Positions 28,486-38,620 are shown, numbered from the stretch's first letter. The stretch: DNA of 64,000 nt from an uncultured archaeon (GCA_964584335.1 CAZOZN010000002.1:2974-66973); one strand, 5' to 3'. Notes: generated by a model not told the origin, from the letters alone. Numbers and translations are program-made.

Positions 28486-28929
28486 ATGTTGGCAATAATA
28501 AGAATAAGGGGTAATGTAGGAGTAAAAAAAGATATAAGGGACACTTTAGAAATGCTTAATCTTAAAAAAGTAAACACATGCACAATAATACCAGAAACGC
28601 CAAATTACTTAGGCATGCTTAAAAAAGTTAAAGACTTCGTTACCTGGGGAACAGTTTCAAAGGATAACTTGAAAAAACTCATTGAGAAGAGAGGGTTTAG
28701 CAAGAAAAACGAGAAAATAACAGAAGAATTTCTTAAAGAAAACAAATTAAAAATAGAAGAAATTATTGAAAATTTTGATAAAAACAAAAAAGAGAAAACA
28801 ATAAAGCCTTATTTTAGATTAACGCCTCCAAGCAAAGGATTTAAAAAATCTATAAAGCAGCATTATCCAAAAGGAGCGCTTGGTAACAGAAAAGAAGAGA
28901 TAAATGAACTTTTAAAAAAGATGATGTGA
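28486..28929 (+). CDS. rpl30: Ribosomal protein uL30
   Basis: AIIRIRG, VKDFVTWG, FRLTPP. Confidence 0.97.
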   Translation: MLAIIRIRGNVGVKKDIRDTLEMLNLKKVNTCTIIPETPNYLGMLKKVKDFVTWGTVSKDNLKKLIEKRGFSKKNEKITEEFLKENKLKIEEIIENFDKNKKEKTIKPYFRLTPPSKGFKKSIKQHYPKGALGNRKEEINELLKKMM

Positions 28930-28933
28930 TTTT

Positions 28934-29374
28934 ATGGGTAAAAAAAGAACAAAAAAAATGAGGGGTAAGAAAACTTTCGGATACGGCAGCAAGAAAAAAC
29001 ATAGAGGAGCAGGAAGCCGTGGTGGAAGAGGAATGGCAGGAATTTTCAAGCACAAAAAATTAAAGATTATAAAAGAAAACCCGGAACATTATGGCAAAAA
29101 GGGTTTCAAGAAAAAAAACAAAAGGTCCATAAAATCAATAAACCTAAAGAAAATTGACGAAATGTCCAGAAAACTTGATAAGAATAAAATAGACCTTTCT
29201 GAAATGGGTTACGACAAAGTTTTAGGAAGTGGAAAAATTACTAAAAAACTTGAGATAAAAGCTAATTTCTTCTCAAAGAAAGCAATGGAAAAAATAGAGA
29301 ACGCGGGTGGAAAAATTATAGAACCTTCCAAAAAGGAAGAAAACAAAGAAAAAAAGAACGAATCAAAAAAATAA
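28934..29374 (+). CDS. rpl15: Ribosomal protein uL15
   Basis: HRGAGSRGGRGMAG, KVLGSG, KIENAGG. Confidence 0.98.
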   Translation: MGKKRTKKMRGKKTFGYGSKKKHRGAGSRGGRGMAGIFKHKKLKIIKENPEHYGKKGFKKKNKRSIKSINLKKIDEMSRKLDKNKIDLSEMGYDKVLGSGKITKKLEIKANFFSKKAMEKIENAGGKIIEPSKKEENKEKKNESKK

Positions 29375-29476
29375 TTCCTTAACTAAAAACAAAAGCTATT
29401 TATTTATTAAAATTTTTTCTTACATTAAAGGATTTATAAATCTTTCGAACAAAATATAAAGGTTGTGTGATTAAAA

Positions 29477-30856
29477 ATGGGAATAGACTATATAGGACTG
29501 ATGAGGTTTTTGCCTGGTGTTCAGAAGCCAGATAAAAGACTAAACTTCAAGCAAAAACTAAAATGGACCGGTTTAATACTGGTGCTGTTCTTTGTAATGA
29601 GTCAGATAATAGTATGGGGAGTAGACGTAAATGCAGTACAACATTTCATGTTCTTAGAAACTGTTCTTGGTTCAAGCATGGGTTCTTTGGTTACTCTTGG
29701 TATAGGTCCCATAGTAACCGCATCTATAATTCTGCAACTTTTGGTAGGAAGCGGTATACTTAACTGGGATACTCACACAAAAGAAGGAAAAATGAGATTT
29801 ATGGGAACACAGAAAATATTAGCAATATTCTTCTGTTTCTTTGAAGCCATAGCTTTTGTAGTGTTTGGTGCAATACCAGCAGCAGGAGGTCAGTTTGTGA
29901 TGTTAGCTTTAATACTACAGTTAGCAGCTGGTGGAATACTAGTTATGTTGATGGACGAAGTTGTTTCAAAGTGGGGTATAGGTTCCGGTGTATCTTTATT
30001 CATTGCAGCAGGTGTATCAAAGACCATAATAATAAGAACACTGAGCTTCATCGGTGAAGGAAGCCCCGTAGGTGCGATACCATCAGCCATAATAAGCGCA
30101 ATGGCAGGAAGGCCGGAAGCATCTTTGATAAGTCTTATACCATTATTTTTCACGATAATAGTATTCATTATAGTCGGTTATGCTCAACTCATGAAAGTAG
30201 AGATACCTTTGACAATGGGCCGGGTTAGAGGTTTTGGATACAGACATCCTTTAAAGTTCATATACGCATCAAATATTCCTGTAATATTGACCTCAGCGCT
30301 TCTTGCAAACATGGAAATATTCTCAAGAATGCTGCATAGTAGGGGATTCTCACTTTTAGGCACTTTTGATGCAGAAGGACAGATAATAGGGGGACTTATA
30401 TACTACTTATCTCCCCCAAGGTCTAACACAATATCAAATATTGTAGTTTCCACTATTTCAGGAGTATCAATACCGCCGGCGGCATTTACATGGATAACAT
30501 ACACTCTCTTTATGGTTATAGGCTCAATAATATTCTCTGTATTCTGGATATCAACCACGGGCATGGACTCAAAGAGTGTGGCAAAACAGTTACACGGTAT
30601 GGGATTGGGTATACCTGGTTTCAGAAGAGATATTAGAATAATAGAGAAAATATTGGACAGATACATACTTGCATTGTCCATAATGGGTGGTATTTTCGTA
30701 GGTCTTTTAGCATCTTTCGCAGATTTTGCGGGGGCATTCGGGTCAGGTACAGGTATACTTCTTACCGTAATGATAATATTCAATTTCTATGAACAGATAA
30801 CTCAACAACACATGGAGGATATGAATCCTTCTGTTAGAAAATTCCTAGGAAAATAA
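29477..30856 (+). CDS. secY: Preprotein translocase SecY
   Basis: LGIGPIVTAS, IGSGVSLFI, YASNIPVI, GTGILL. Confidence 0.99.
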   Translation: MGIDYIGLMRFLPGVQKPDKRLNFKQKLKWTGLILVLFFVMSQIIVWGVDVNAVQHFMFLETVLGSSMGSLVTLGIGPIVTASIILQLLVGSGILNWDTHTKEGKMRFMGTQKILAIFFCFFEAIAFVVFGAIPAAGGQFVMLALILQLAAGGILVMLMDEVVSKWGIGSGVSLFIAAGVSKTIIIRTLSFIGEGSPVGAIPSAIISAMAGRPEASLISLIPLFFTIIVFIIVGYAQLMKVEIPLTMGRVRGFGYRHPLKFIYASNIPVILTSALLANMEIFSRMLHSRGFSLLGTFDAEGQIIGGLIYYLSPPRSNTISNIVVSTISGVSIPPAAFTWITYTLFMVIGSIIFSVFWISTTGMDSKSVAKQLHGMGLGIPGFRRDIRIIEKILDRYILALSIMGGIFVGLLASFADFAGAFGSGTGILLTVMIIFNFYEQITQQHMEDMNPSVRKFLGK

Positions 30857-30859
30857 AAT

Positions 30860-31678
30860 TTATTTCTTCTTTTTCTTGGTCTTCTTCTTTTTATGTTTTC
30901 TTTTTGAAACTTTTTTACTTATCGATAAGTAAAAGTTTACTTGAGAAGAATAGGAAAACAATCCAGTATAACTAGTAAACAAGATTTGTACCAGGGAAAA
31001 AATAAAAATTTCTCTACCAGTAAAATATGAATACAATGCTTCTGGAACAGAACCGATAAAACTAATTAAAAGCATAAACATAATCAAAACAATCCAAAAA
31101 ACAAAAGTTACTGATTTGTTCACTTTTATTAGGTCAAAGCTCTTCTTTAAAGAATCCAAAGGATTCTTTTTCTCCAACAAGCAAACCACTGGAGACAAGA
31201 AAATAAAGAAACCTATTATAAATAAACTAATAAGACCGATTATTATACCAAAAATTACAGAAAAATTATTCGAAAGACCAAACAAAGCAGGCAAAAAGAA
31301 CAGCCCAACAAAAAATAAAAATGAAATTAACATTATAGCTAAAATTAAAATTTGAGTTATCAAGAAAGGAAAATACCTCTCCTTGGCTGCCTTATAAGAT
31401 TTACCTAGATTAAAGTATTTCATATTTTTAAAATATTTTGAAGAATTGTGAAAATAAAAAACAGCCAAGAAATTACTAACAAAAAAAGAAACAATCCATA
31501 AAGGAACAAAAATATACATCAATGACTTGAATTCGGAAAAAGTAAGCGCACCGTTTCCAGGAGGAGCAAAAAACAAAGTAGGCAAAGTTACAAAAAAATT
31601 GTAAACAAAAATTATAGAAAAAATCCTATAATTTAATGGATATCTAAATGCTCTACCAAAAATCTTTCCAAAATCCAT
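30860..31678 (-). CDS. Multi-pass membrane protein (unknown function)
   Basis: About 6 TMs, DSLKKSFDL motif, Lys-rich tail. Confidence 0.7.
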   Translation of the reverse strand: MDFGKIFGRAFRYPLNYRIFSIIFVYNFFVTLPTLFFAPPGNGALTFSEFKSLMYIFVPLWIVSFFVSNFLAVFYFHNSSKYFKNMKYFNLGKSYKAAKERYFPFLITQILILAIMLISFLFFVGLFFLPALFGLSNNFSVIFGIIIGLISLFIIGFFIFLSPVVCLLEKKNPLDSLKKSFDLIKVNKSVTFVFWIVLIMFMLLISFIGSVPEALYSYFTGREIFIFSLVQILFTSYTGLFSYSSQVNFYLSISKKVSKRKHKKKKTKKKKK

Positions 31679-31747
31679 ATTTATTATTTAAAATATTTTT
31701 ATATAAAGTTAAAATCTTTTTAAAGATAAAAAAATAAAGGGTTAAGT

Positions 31748-32389
31748 ATGATTGAATTAGTAAATCCGATGATAACTGTCTTAGTTATAAGCATTACTGT
31801 ATCGTTAATTTTATCTCTAATTTACAAATTTTTAACAGACCAAAAAGAGCTAAAAAAATTAAACGAAGATATAAAGGAAATGAACTCAGAACTGAAGGAA
31901 GCACAAAAGAACAAAAACCAGAAAGAACTGATGAAACTACAAAGCAAAATGATGGAACTCAACAGCAAAAAAATGAAAAGTAGTATGAAACCGATGATGC
32001 TATCCTTTATTGTAATTATACCAATATTCGTTTTTCTGCTACCATCATTATATGGAGATTTAAACGTAGAACTTGACGAATCTTTAAGCGGGACCATAGA
32101 ATTTGATGGAACTCAAAAGAATGTTAGGATAATGGAAGAAGATCCGATAAAGATAAAAATAGACGGAGAGGAAATAACAAAAGAAGAAGCATTTGAGTTA
32201 AAAAATGAGGAATTTCTTTTCAAAGATTATGACGATGGCAAAAAAACCGTATCATTCAAAAGGGTTATAATTGAGCTTCCTTTTTCTATGCCTATTTGGG
32301 GGTCTAAAATTGGATGGCTGGGTTGGTATATACTGGTTTCCCTGTCAATGACAACAATATTCAGGAAAGCGCTTGGTGTGGTGCAGTAA
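31748..32389 (+). CDS. EMC3/TMCO1 (DUF106) membrane insertase family protein
   Basis: TM, coiled coil, MKPM, GWLGWYILVS; close to secY. Confidence 0.9.
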   Translation: MIELVNPMITVLVISITVSLILSLIYKFLTDQKELKKLNEDIKEMNSELKEAQKNKNQKELMKLQSKMMELNSKKMKSSMKPMMLSFIVIIPIFVFLLPSLYGDLNVELDESLSGTIEFDGTQKNVRIMEEDPIKIKIDGEEITKEEAFELKNEEFLFKDYDDGKKTVSFKRVIIELPFSMPIWGSKIGWLGWYILVSLSMTTIFRKALGVVQ

Positions 32390-32421
32390 AAACTTAAATT
32401 AATAAAAACTACTTATTCATT

Positions 32422-33372
32422 ATGATTGAAAAGTCTACTGAGATATCAAACCCAGATTTCGGAAATTACCCCGGAGAAAGAAAAACAATAGAAATAATAA
32501 ATAATGGTATAGTTGTTCTAGACAAGCCATCAGGACCCACTTCTCATCAAGTAGCTTCATGGGTTAAAAATATATTGAAAATAAAAAAGGTAGGTCACTC
32601 GGGTACTCTAGACCCTAAGGTTACGGGCGTTTTAGTTCTAACTCTAGGAAAAGCTACAAAAATGATACCTGCTTTAATGGGATTAGACAAGGAATATGTT
32701 TCCATAATGCATCTTCACGAAAATGTTTCAAGAAAAGACCTTGAAGAAACAGTCAAAAAATTCACGGGAAAAATAAAACAAAAACCACCTAAAAGAAGTG
32801 CGGTAAAAAGAAGAAGAAGAGTGAGAGAAATATACGACATTAAAATATTAGAAAGAAAGGAAAACGACGTTTTATTGGATATTAAATGCCAAAAAGGCAC
32901 TTACGTAAGAAAATTAATACACGACATGGGCAAAGATTTAGGAAAGGGGGCGCACATGAAAGAGCTAAGAAGAATAAAGGTCGGCCCATTTGATGAAAGT
33001 TCATGCGTAAATCTTCAGGAGCTAAAAGATTCTTTTGTTCTGTGGGAAGAGGAAAAAGAAAATAAAATAAGGGAAATTATAAAACCGGTCGAATTCGGTG
33101 CAGAACACCTTAAAAAAATAATAGTAAGAGACAGTGCAGTAAACGCTCTTTGCAACGGAGCACCTCTTGCTGTTGGAGGTATATGCAAACTTGATGAAAA
33201 AATAAAAAAAGGAGACATGGTTGCTGTACTAACACTCAAAGGGGAATTGATAGCTCTGGGTTATTCGAAAATGGACTCGGAAGAAATAAAGAATTCTAAA
33301 AGGGGAATAGCGACAAGCACTGATAGGGTAATCATGAAAATTGATTTATACCCGAAAATGTGGAAGAAATGA
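32422..33372 (+). CDS. cbf5: H/ACA pseudouridine synthase Cbf5
   Basis: DKPSGPTSH, GHSGTLDP, GTYVRK, PUA domain. Confidence 0.97.
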   Translation: MIEKSTEISNPDFGNYPGERKTIEIINNGIVVLDKPSGPTSHQVASWVKNILKIKKVGHSGTLDPKVTGVLVLTLGKATKMIPALMGLDKEYVSIMHLHENVSRKDLEETVKKFTGKIKQKPPKRSAVKRRRRVREIYDIKILERKENDVLLDIKCQKGTYVRKLIHDMGKDLGKGAHMKELRRIKVGPFDESSCVNLQELKDSFVLWEEEKENKIREIIKPVEFGAEHLKKIIVRDSAVNALCNGAPLAVGGICKLDEKIKKGDMVAVLTLKGELIALGYSKMDSEEIKNSKRGIATSTDRVIMKIDLYPKMWKK

Positions 33373-33379
33373 TATAATA

Positions 33380-34540
33380 TCAATCGAGTTCGTTGTAAAT
33401 TCTCAAGAATACCCCATTGGTCCATCCGAATCCTGTCTCCACGGGATACCTGCCTCTGTTGCCAACATCTCCCTTTACCACATCATATTTTTCCCAGAAC
33501 TTGCCGGTATCAAGAAATACCTTTCTATTCATATCAAGCCATTTAAATCCTATTCTCTCTGCATCATCCCTGAAACCATAGTTCAAAAGACCCTTGACAA
33601 CTATCCAATGGAGAGGTGCCCATCCATTAGGGTAATCCCACTGTCTGATACCAATAAGTCTTTTCTTCTGAGTGGCGGCAAGACCTCCTGTATATTCAAA
33701 TTTTTTCAATTCTTTAACCGTTTCTTTTGACTGTTTTTTTGTAGCCAGCCCGGCCCATAAAGGAAAGAAACCGGCAAGTGAATAAAAATTACTCTGCTTA
33801 ACATCTTTGTAATTATAATCAAAGAAAAATCCTTTATTGCGATTCCACATGAGACTTCTCATGACCCTTTTTCTCTTTTCTGCAAGTTTAGAGAAATTCT
33901 TGCTTTTCTTTTTATTGCCTAAAATGTCGTGAATATGTTCCAGGTCTCTTTCGTACTTGTAAAGACACGAATTCAAATCAACAGGCAAAAAATCCTTGCA
34001 TTTTCCGCCAAAACGTGAGGTCATGTCCCAGCCTGATTCATGTTCTGAGACTGTATTAGAAGAATACCTATCACAATATCTAGAAAGACCTTTGTAAACA
34101 AGATGTGCTTTCCACTTTTCCTCAGAATATTGCCAATAACCTTTTAATTCATTCTCAGCAGTAACAGAAACTCTTTTAAGCCATTTTTTGTCCTTAGTCT
34201 TTTCGAAAACTTCTAAAATCATTGAAGTGAGAAAGGGTGCCTGAGAAATGAGAGTGTTGTAATACCTATTTCTGGAGGGAATAAAACCCATTTTATTGAA
34301 AAGGTATTCAAAATTATTTATCATTCCTTCGGCTAATTTTTCTTTTCCCGAGTCAACAAGGCCTAGAATTATAAAATAACTGTCCCAGTAAAACTGGTCC
34401 TTGTCGAATTTTATATGATTGGGTGCAACGAATGGGTTTGGCAGGCCCAGATGAAAACCGGAATCCTTTTTAAATTTGAAAGTAGATTTGCTCCAATAAT
34501 CGTCTATATAATCAAAACATTTCTTATAGTCATAAGGCAT
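33380..34540 (-). CDS. Trehalase-like glycoside hydrolase (GH37)
   Basis: FYWDSYF, SQAP, ESGWD.TSR, PVDLN, QWDYPNGWAP, EKYDV, GFGWTNG. Confidence 0.9.
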   Translation of the reverse strand: MPYDYKKCFDYIDDYWSKSTFKFKKDSGFHLGLPNPFVAPNHIKFDKDQFYWDSYFIILGLVDSGKEKLAEGMINNFEYLFNKMGFIPSRNRYYNTLISQAPFLTSMILEVFEKTKDKKWLKRVSVTAENELKGYWQYSEEKWKAHLVYKGLSRYCDRYSSNTVSEHESGWDMTSRFGGKCKDFLPVDLNSCLYKYERDLEHIHDILGNKKKSKNFSKLAEKRKRVMRSLMWNRNKGFFFDYNYKDVKQSNFYSLAGFFPLWAGLATKKQSKETVKELKKFEYTGGLAATQKKRLIGIRQWDYPNGWAPLHWIVVKGLLNYGFRDDAERIGFKWLDMNRKVFLDTGKFWEKYDVVKGDVGNRGRYPVETGFGWTNGVFLRIYNELD

Positions 34541-34661
34541 AATATTTTTAAAGTTTTTATATAAAAATAAGCTTTAAATACCTTTGTTTATTAATTTTAA
34601 AGGTTAAAAAGATGGTAAACAACAAAAGTAAAACTTTAATGTTTTATCACAAAGTGATAGA

Positions 34662-34826
34662 ATGACCATAAGCAAGGAACTTTTGGATATACTGGCCTGC
34701 CCTAAATGCAAGGGTGAAATAAAGCTAGAAAAAGACTATATAATATGTGAAAAATGCAGGCTTAAATTCAATATACTGAAAGGAGATATCCCTGACATGT
34801 TAATAGAAGATGCTGAAAAGTTTTAA
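34662..34826 (+). CDS. Trm112-family protein (54 aa, not in ORF track)
   Basis: Hand translation: MTISKELLDILACPKCKG...CEKC...GDIPDMLIEDA. Confidence 0.88.
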   Translation: MTISKELLDILACPKCKGEIKLEKDYIICEKCRLKFNILKGDIPDMLIEDAEKF

Positions 34827-34879
34827 ATCAAAAAAACCATCAAAAATATAAGCCTAAAAAATATAAACCCCGTATAGAT

Positions 34880-35100
34880 GCTGGGGTGGCCGAGCCAGGC
34901 TAAAGGCGCTGGAGTTCTATACAACGGCGAGACTTGAGTACCTGGTATTGTCCATCAATCTGGGAATGATCAAATGGCTTGAATCTGACTATGGCGGAGA
35001 TGATGATGGATGGCTAAGATATCCAGTTCCACGAAAGATGATGTTGATTTTTTCGCATCAGTTGAATGGAGCGGGGGTTCGAATCCCTCCCCCAGCGCCA
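34880..35100 (+). tRNA. tRNA-Ser(TGA) with three introns: 30/31 (34913-34931), 37/38 (34939-35020), variable arm (35038-35066)
   Basis: Removal gives CTGGA-CT-TGA-GA-TCCAG and V-arm TCCAC-GAAA-GTGGA; each junction forms a BHB-like motif. Confidence 0.85.
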
Positions 35101-35119
35101 AAAAAACAGAGGTAATATA

Positions 35120-35629
35120 ATGAGAAAGAACAAGAGTCGAGTAAAAGAAGGTAAAGAGAAGAAAGAGAGAAAAAGCGAGAACTTGTTAGAGATAGTAAGA
35201 TTAATGGCAACTGACTTAAACGGAAAGATAAAAATAAGAGATTCGTTGAGAAAGATAAAAGGAATAAACTTTGCAACAACCAAATTAATTTGTCAGAAAG
35301 CAGGCATAAATCCGGATAAAATTACAGGAAAGATAACGGATGAAGAAAAAAAGAAAATAGAAGAATTTATAAAAAATCCGGAAAAATTTGGAATTCCTGA
35401 TTACATGTTTAATTTAAGAAACAACCCGGACACGGGAAAAAGCGAACACTTGACAGGAGCGGACTTGCAGATAAAATTAAGAAACACAATAAACCAAAAA
35501 AAGAAATTGGGTTCTTATGTGGGACTGAGACATAGAGAAGGTCTTCCTGTGAGAGGACAAAGAACAAAATCAAGTTTTAGAAAAAGTAAAAGTGTCGGAG
35601 TTTCAAGGCAGAGACTTAAGCAGAAATAG
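35120..35629 (+). CDS. rps13: Ribosomal protein uS13
   Basis: IKGIN, SYVGLRH, GLPVRGQRTKS; upstream ORF extension lies in the tRNA. Confidence 0.97.
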   Translation: MRKNKSRVKEGKEKKERKSENLLEIVRLMATDLNGKIKIRDSLRKIKGINFATTKLICQKAGINPDKITGKITDEEKKKIEEFIKNPEKFGIPDYMFNLRNNPDTGKSEHLTGADLQIKLRNTINQKKKLGSYVGLRHREGLPVRGQRTKSSFRKSKSVGVSRQRLKQK

Positions 35630-35637
35630 GTGATTAA

Positions 35638-36114
35638 ATGGGAGATCCCAGAAAAAAAAGGAAGAAGTATGAAAAACCACTTAGGCCTTGGGATAAAAAA
35701 AGGATAGAAGAAGAATTAGAATTAATAAGAAGGTACGGTCTTAGAAGAAAAAACGAAATCTACAGAACAGAAAGCATATTAAGAAGCTTTAGAAGACACG
35801 CAAGAAACCTTGCAGCAAACAAAAACGAAAAACAAGAAAAAGAACTTATAGAAAAACTTAACAACCTGGGTCTAATAGAAAAAGATTCTACATTAGATGA
35901 TGTGCTTGAGTTAAAACTGGAAGACATACTTGAAAGGAGACTTCAGACAATGCTATTCAAAAAAGGTCTTGTAAAGACTCCAAAACAGGCGAGGCAGTTT
36001 ATAGTTCATGGCCATGTTAAAGTCGATAAGGTTAAGATAAAATGGCCTTCTTATATTTTACCAAAAAAATTCGAAAAAAACATAAAAATAAACATAGGTG
36101 TTGAAAATGACTGA
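35638..36114 (+). CDS. rps4: Ribosomal protein uS4
   Basis: [22 protein letters not shown]. Confidence 0.98.
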   Translation: MGDPRKKRKKYEKPLRPWDKKRIEEELELIRRYGLRRKNEIYRTESILRSFRRHARNLAANKNEKQEKELIEKLNNLGLIEKDSTLDDVLELKLEDILERRLQTMLFKKGLVKTPKQARQFIVHGHVKVDKVKIKWPSYILPKKFEKNIKINIGVEND

Positions 36115-36493
36115 GAGAGTTGGTATAGCGCATATATATTCATCTAAAAACAATACAATTATTCATATTACAGATATAACCGGAGCAGAGACTATAGCAA
36201 GGATATCTGGGGGCGTGGTAACAAAGAACGACAGAGAAAAGGGTAACCCATTCCCTGCCTTGATAGCAGCAAAAAGAGTTGCAGAAGAAGCTAAAAACAA
36301 AGGAATAACAAAATTAAATGTAAAGGTAAGGGCTCCTGGAGGTCACAAATCAAAAAACCCAAGCAAGGGAGCACAACCAGCAATAAGAGCCCTAGTAAGA
36401 TCCGGCTTTAGGATAGGTGATATAGAAGATGTCACACCATTACCCCATGACAGCACTAGAAAAAAAGGTGGTAGAAGGGGTAGGAGGTTATAA
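36107..36493 (+). CDS. rps11: Ribosomal protein uS11
   Basis: [27 protein letters not shown]. Confidence 0.98.
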   Translation: MTERVGIAHIYSSKNNTIIHITDITGAETIARISGGVVTKNDREKGNPFPALIAAKRVAEEAKNKGITKLNVKVRAPGGHKSKNPSKGAQPAIRALVRSGFRIGDIEDVTPLPHDSTRKKGGRRGRRL

Positions 36494-36494
36494 G

Positions 36495-37094
36495 ATGAAG
36501 ATAAAGATAACCAAAAAAAACAATGAAAAAATAGAATTTGAAATTGATAAAGCAACGCCAGCATTTGCAAATGCACTAAGAAGGGTAATGATGATGGAAG
36601 TCCCTGTTCTCGCTATAGATGATGCGAGCTTTAGAAAAAATAATTCACCTTTATTCGACGAAGTGATTGGACACAGGCTTGGTTTAATACCTTTAAAATT
36701 TAAGCCAAGGACGCTGAACAAAATGGGCGATTGTAGCTGTAACGGGGAAGGTTGTATAAACTGTCAGGTAGTTTTTGTTTTAGACAAAAAAGGTCCTTGT
36801 ACTGTATACAGCAAAGACCTTAAGAGCACAAACCCAGAAGTAAAACCGCTATATGAAAAAATTCCAATAACAAAATTAGGGGAAAACCAAGAACTAAATT
36901 TAGAGGCAGTGGCAACCATGGGAACTGGAAAAGAGCACGTAAAATGGAAAGCATCAAATACTTTTTACAGTTACGATAAAGACAAGTTTAATTTCACAGT
37001 TGAAACAATGTCGGGCCTAAGCCCAAAAGAAATAGTAATACAGGGAACAGAAATATTAGAGAATAAAGCAAAAGAATTAATTAAGTTACTGTAG
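36495..37094 (+). CDS. rpoD: RNA polymerase subunit D (Rpo3)
   Basis: FANALRR, HRLGLIPL, GKEHVKW. Confidence 0.96.
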   Translation: MKIKITKKNNEKIEFEIDKATPAFANALRRVMMMEVPVLAIDDASFRKNNSPLFDEVIGHRLGLIPLKFKPRTLNKMGDCSCNGEGCINCQVVFVLDKKGPCTVYSKDLKSTNPEVKPLYEKIPITKLGENQELNLEAVATMGTGKEHVKWKASNTFYSYDKDKFNFTVETMSGLSPKEIVIQGTEILENKAKELIKLL

Positions 37095-37244
37095 CGGGGG
37101 TACCCAAGAAAGCTTTTTGCTTTGGGAATGGTCAAAGGGGCTAGAAGTTATGGTCAAGCTTAGGATTGATTTGTTCGACGCTAGGTAAATAGGAAACCTA
37201 GTGACTTAGTGTCTTCATGAGTTCGAATCTCATCCCCCGCACCA
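37094..37244 (+). tRNA. tRNA-Leu(TAG) with three introns: 15/16 (37109-37128), 30/31 (37145-37157), 37/38 (37165-37195)
   Basis: Removal gives GCGGGGGTACCCAAGTGGTCAAAGGGG-CTAGG-CT-TAG-GA-CCTAG...CCCCCGC-A-CCA. Confidence 0.87.
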
Positions 37245-37261
37245 AAAAAGAGGAATGTTAA

Positions 37262-37600
37262 ATGAAAAAAAATACCAGAATTAAAAAATTGATAGAAAAA
37301 ACATCAGAAAAAGATGAAAAGATTTGGAAAGATATAGCCAGGAGGCTATCAAAACCGAGAAGAAATATGGCTGAAGTTAATATAAACAAAATAAAAAGAT
37401 TTGCAAAAGAAAAAGAGACAATAGTGGTTCCTGGTAAAGTTCTTGGTTACGGTAATTTAGACAAAAAAGTTGAAATAGCTGCATTTTCATTTTCAAAAAC
37501 TGCCGAAGAAAAGATAAAGAAAAAAGGCGGGAACTGCATTAAAATAGAGGATTTTCTAAAAAATAAACCTAAAGGAGTAAAAGTGAGATTGATGGGGTGA
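37262..37600 (+). CDS. rpl18e: Ribosomal protein eL18
   Basis: VVPGKVLG, AAFSFS. Confidence 0.96.
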   Translation: MKKNTRIKKLIEKTSEKDEKIWKDIARRLSKPRRNMAEVNINKIKRFAKEKETIVVPGKVLGYGNLDKKVEIAAFSFSKTAEEKIKKKGGNCIKIEDFLKNKPKGVKVRLMG

Positions 37601-37604
37601 AGAA

Positions 37605-38012
37605 ATGGATAACTTTATAATAGATGCAAAGGACCAAGTACTAGGAAGATTATCATCTTCTGTAGCAAAGAAATTACTAAATGGAGAAAGAATAATAATA
37701 ATAAACAGCAAGAAAACTATAGTTAGCGGTAAGCCGAATATAATAATGAAAGATTTCGTCACAAAAAGAGAAAGAGGCGACCCATTTCACGGTCCATTCT
37801 ATCCAAAAACTCCAAACGGAATTCTAAGAAGGTCGATAAGAGGCATGATACCCTATAAGAAAACTAAAGGAAGGGAAGCTTTAAAAAGACTTAAAATTTA
37901 TGAGGATAATCCAAAAAAACTTGAAGGTAAAAAAATACAAAAAACAAGAAAAGATTTGGATTGCAAATACATGACACTAGAAGAAATATCAAAAAAACTA
38001 AAAGGTAAGTAA
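37605..38012 (+). CDS. rpl13: Ribosomal protein uL13
   Basis: IDAKDQVLGRLSS, GPFYP, RGMIP. Confidence 0.97.
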   Translation: MDNFIIDAKDQVLGRLSSSVAKKLLNGERIIIINSKKTIVSGKPNIIMKDFVTKRERGDPFHGPFYPKTPNGILRRSIRGMIPYKKTKGREALKRLKIYEDNPKKLEGKKIQKTRKDLDCKYMTLEEISKKLKGK

Positions 38013-38013
38013 A

Positions 38014-38421
38014 ATGACCAAAAAAAATAAGCCGACAATAGGAAAAAGAAAAGAAGCCGTAGCAAAAGCATTTGTAGAAAAAGGTAACGGAAAGATAAAA
38101 GTAAACGGTAAATTATTAGAAAACATGAGACCAGAAATAGTAATGTTAATGATAAAAGAGCCACTAATGATAGCTGGAGATTTGTCTAAAAAAGTAAATA
38201 TAAATGTAAGTGTTAGTGGTGGAGGAATAATAGGACAAGCAGAAGCTGTAAGGCAGGCAATAGCAAACGGTTTAATAAAGTTCGGCGGGAAAAAATACAA
38301 GAAAATATTTGAAGATTATGACAGGCACTTGATAGTTAAGGATTCAAGAAGAACAGAACCTCATAAACCATCAAGGTCTTCGCAGGGACCAAGAAGACAT
38401 AAACAAAGGAGTAAAAGGTGA
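38014..38421 (+). CDS. rps9: Ribosomal protein uS9
   Basis: [21 protein letters not shown]. Confidence 0.97.
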   Translation: MTKKNKPTIGKRKEAVAKAFVEKGNGKIKVNGKLLENMRPEIVMLMIKEPLMIAGDLSKKVNINVSVSGGGIIGQAEAVRQAIANGLIKFGGKKYKKIFEDYDRHLIVKDSRRTEPHKPSRSSQGPRRHKQRSKR

Positions 38422-38425
38422 TGTT

Positions 38426-38620
38426 ATGATTATACCAGTTAGATGTGTAAGTTGCGGTAAACCCATAGGCCACTTATGGGAAGAATTTAAAAAAGAAGTT
38501 GAGAGCGGAAAAGACCCAAAAAAAGTACTCGACAAGCTAGGTGTTGAAAGATATTGTTGTAGAAGTTCTTTTATAACAAACGTTGATTTGATTGATTATA
38601 TGTTGGAATCGAACGAATAG
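38426..38620 (+). CDS. rpoN: RNA polymerase subunit N (Rpo10)
   Basis: [16 protein letters not shown]. Confidence 0.97.
   Translation: MIIPVRCVSCGKPIGHLWEEFKKEVESGKDPKKVLDKLGVERYCCRSSFITNVDLIDYMLESNE

Noticed and set aside
32422-33372. mRNA intron in cbf5, as known in Crenarchaeota
   Set aside because: The ORF is continuous through GHSGTLDP with no insert.
35066-35119. N-terminal extension of uS13 (similarly Nudix at 56169-56255)
   Set aside because: The extensions run through tRNA genes; downstream ATGs fit better.
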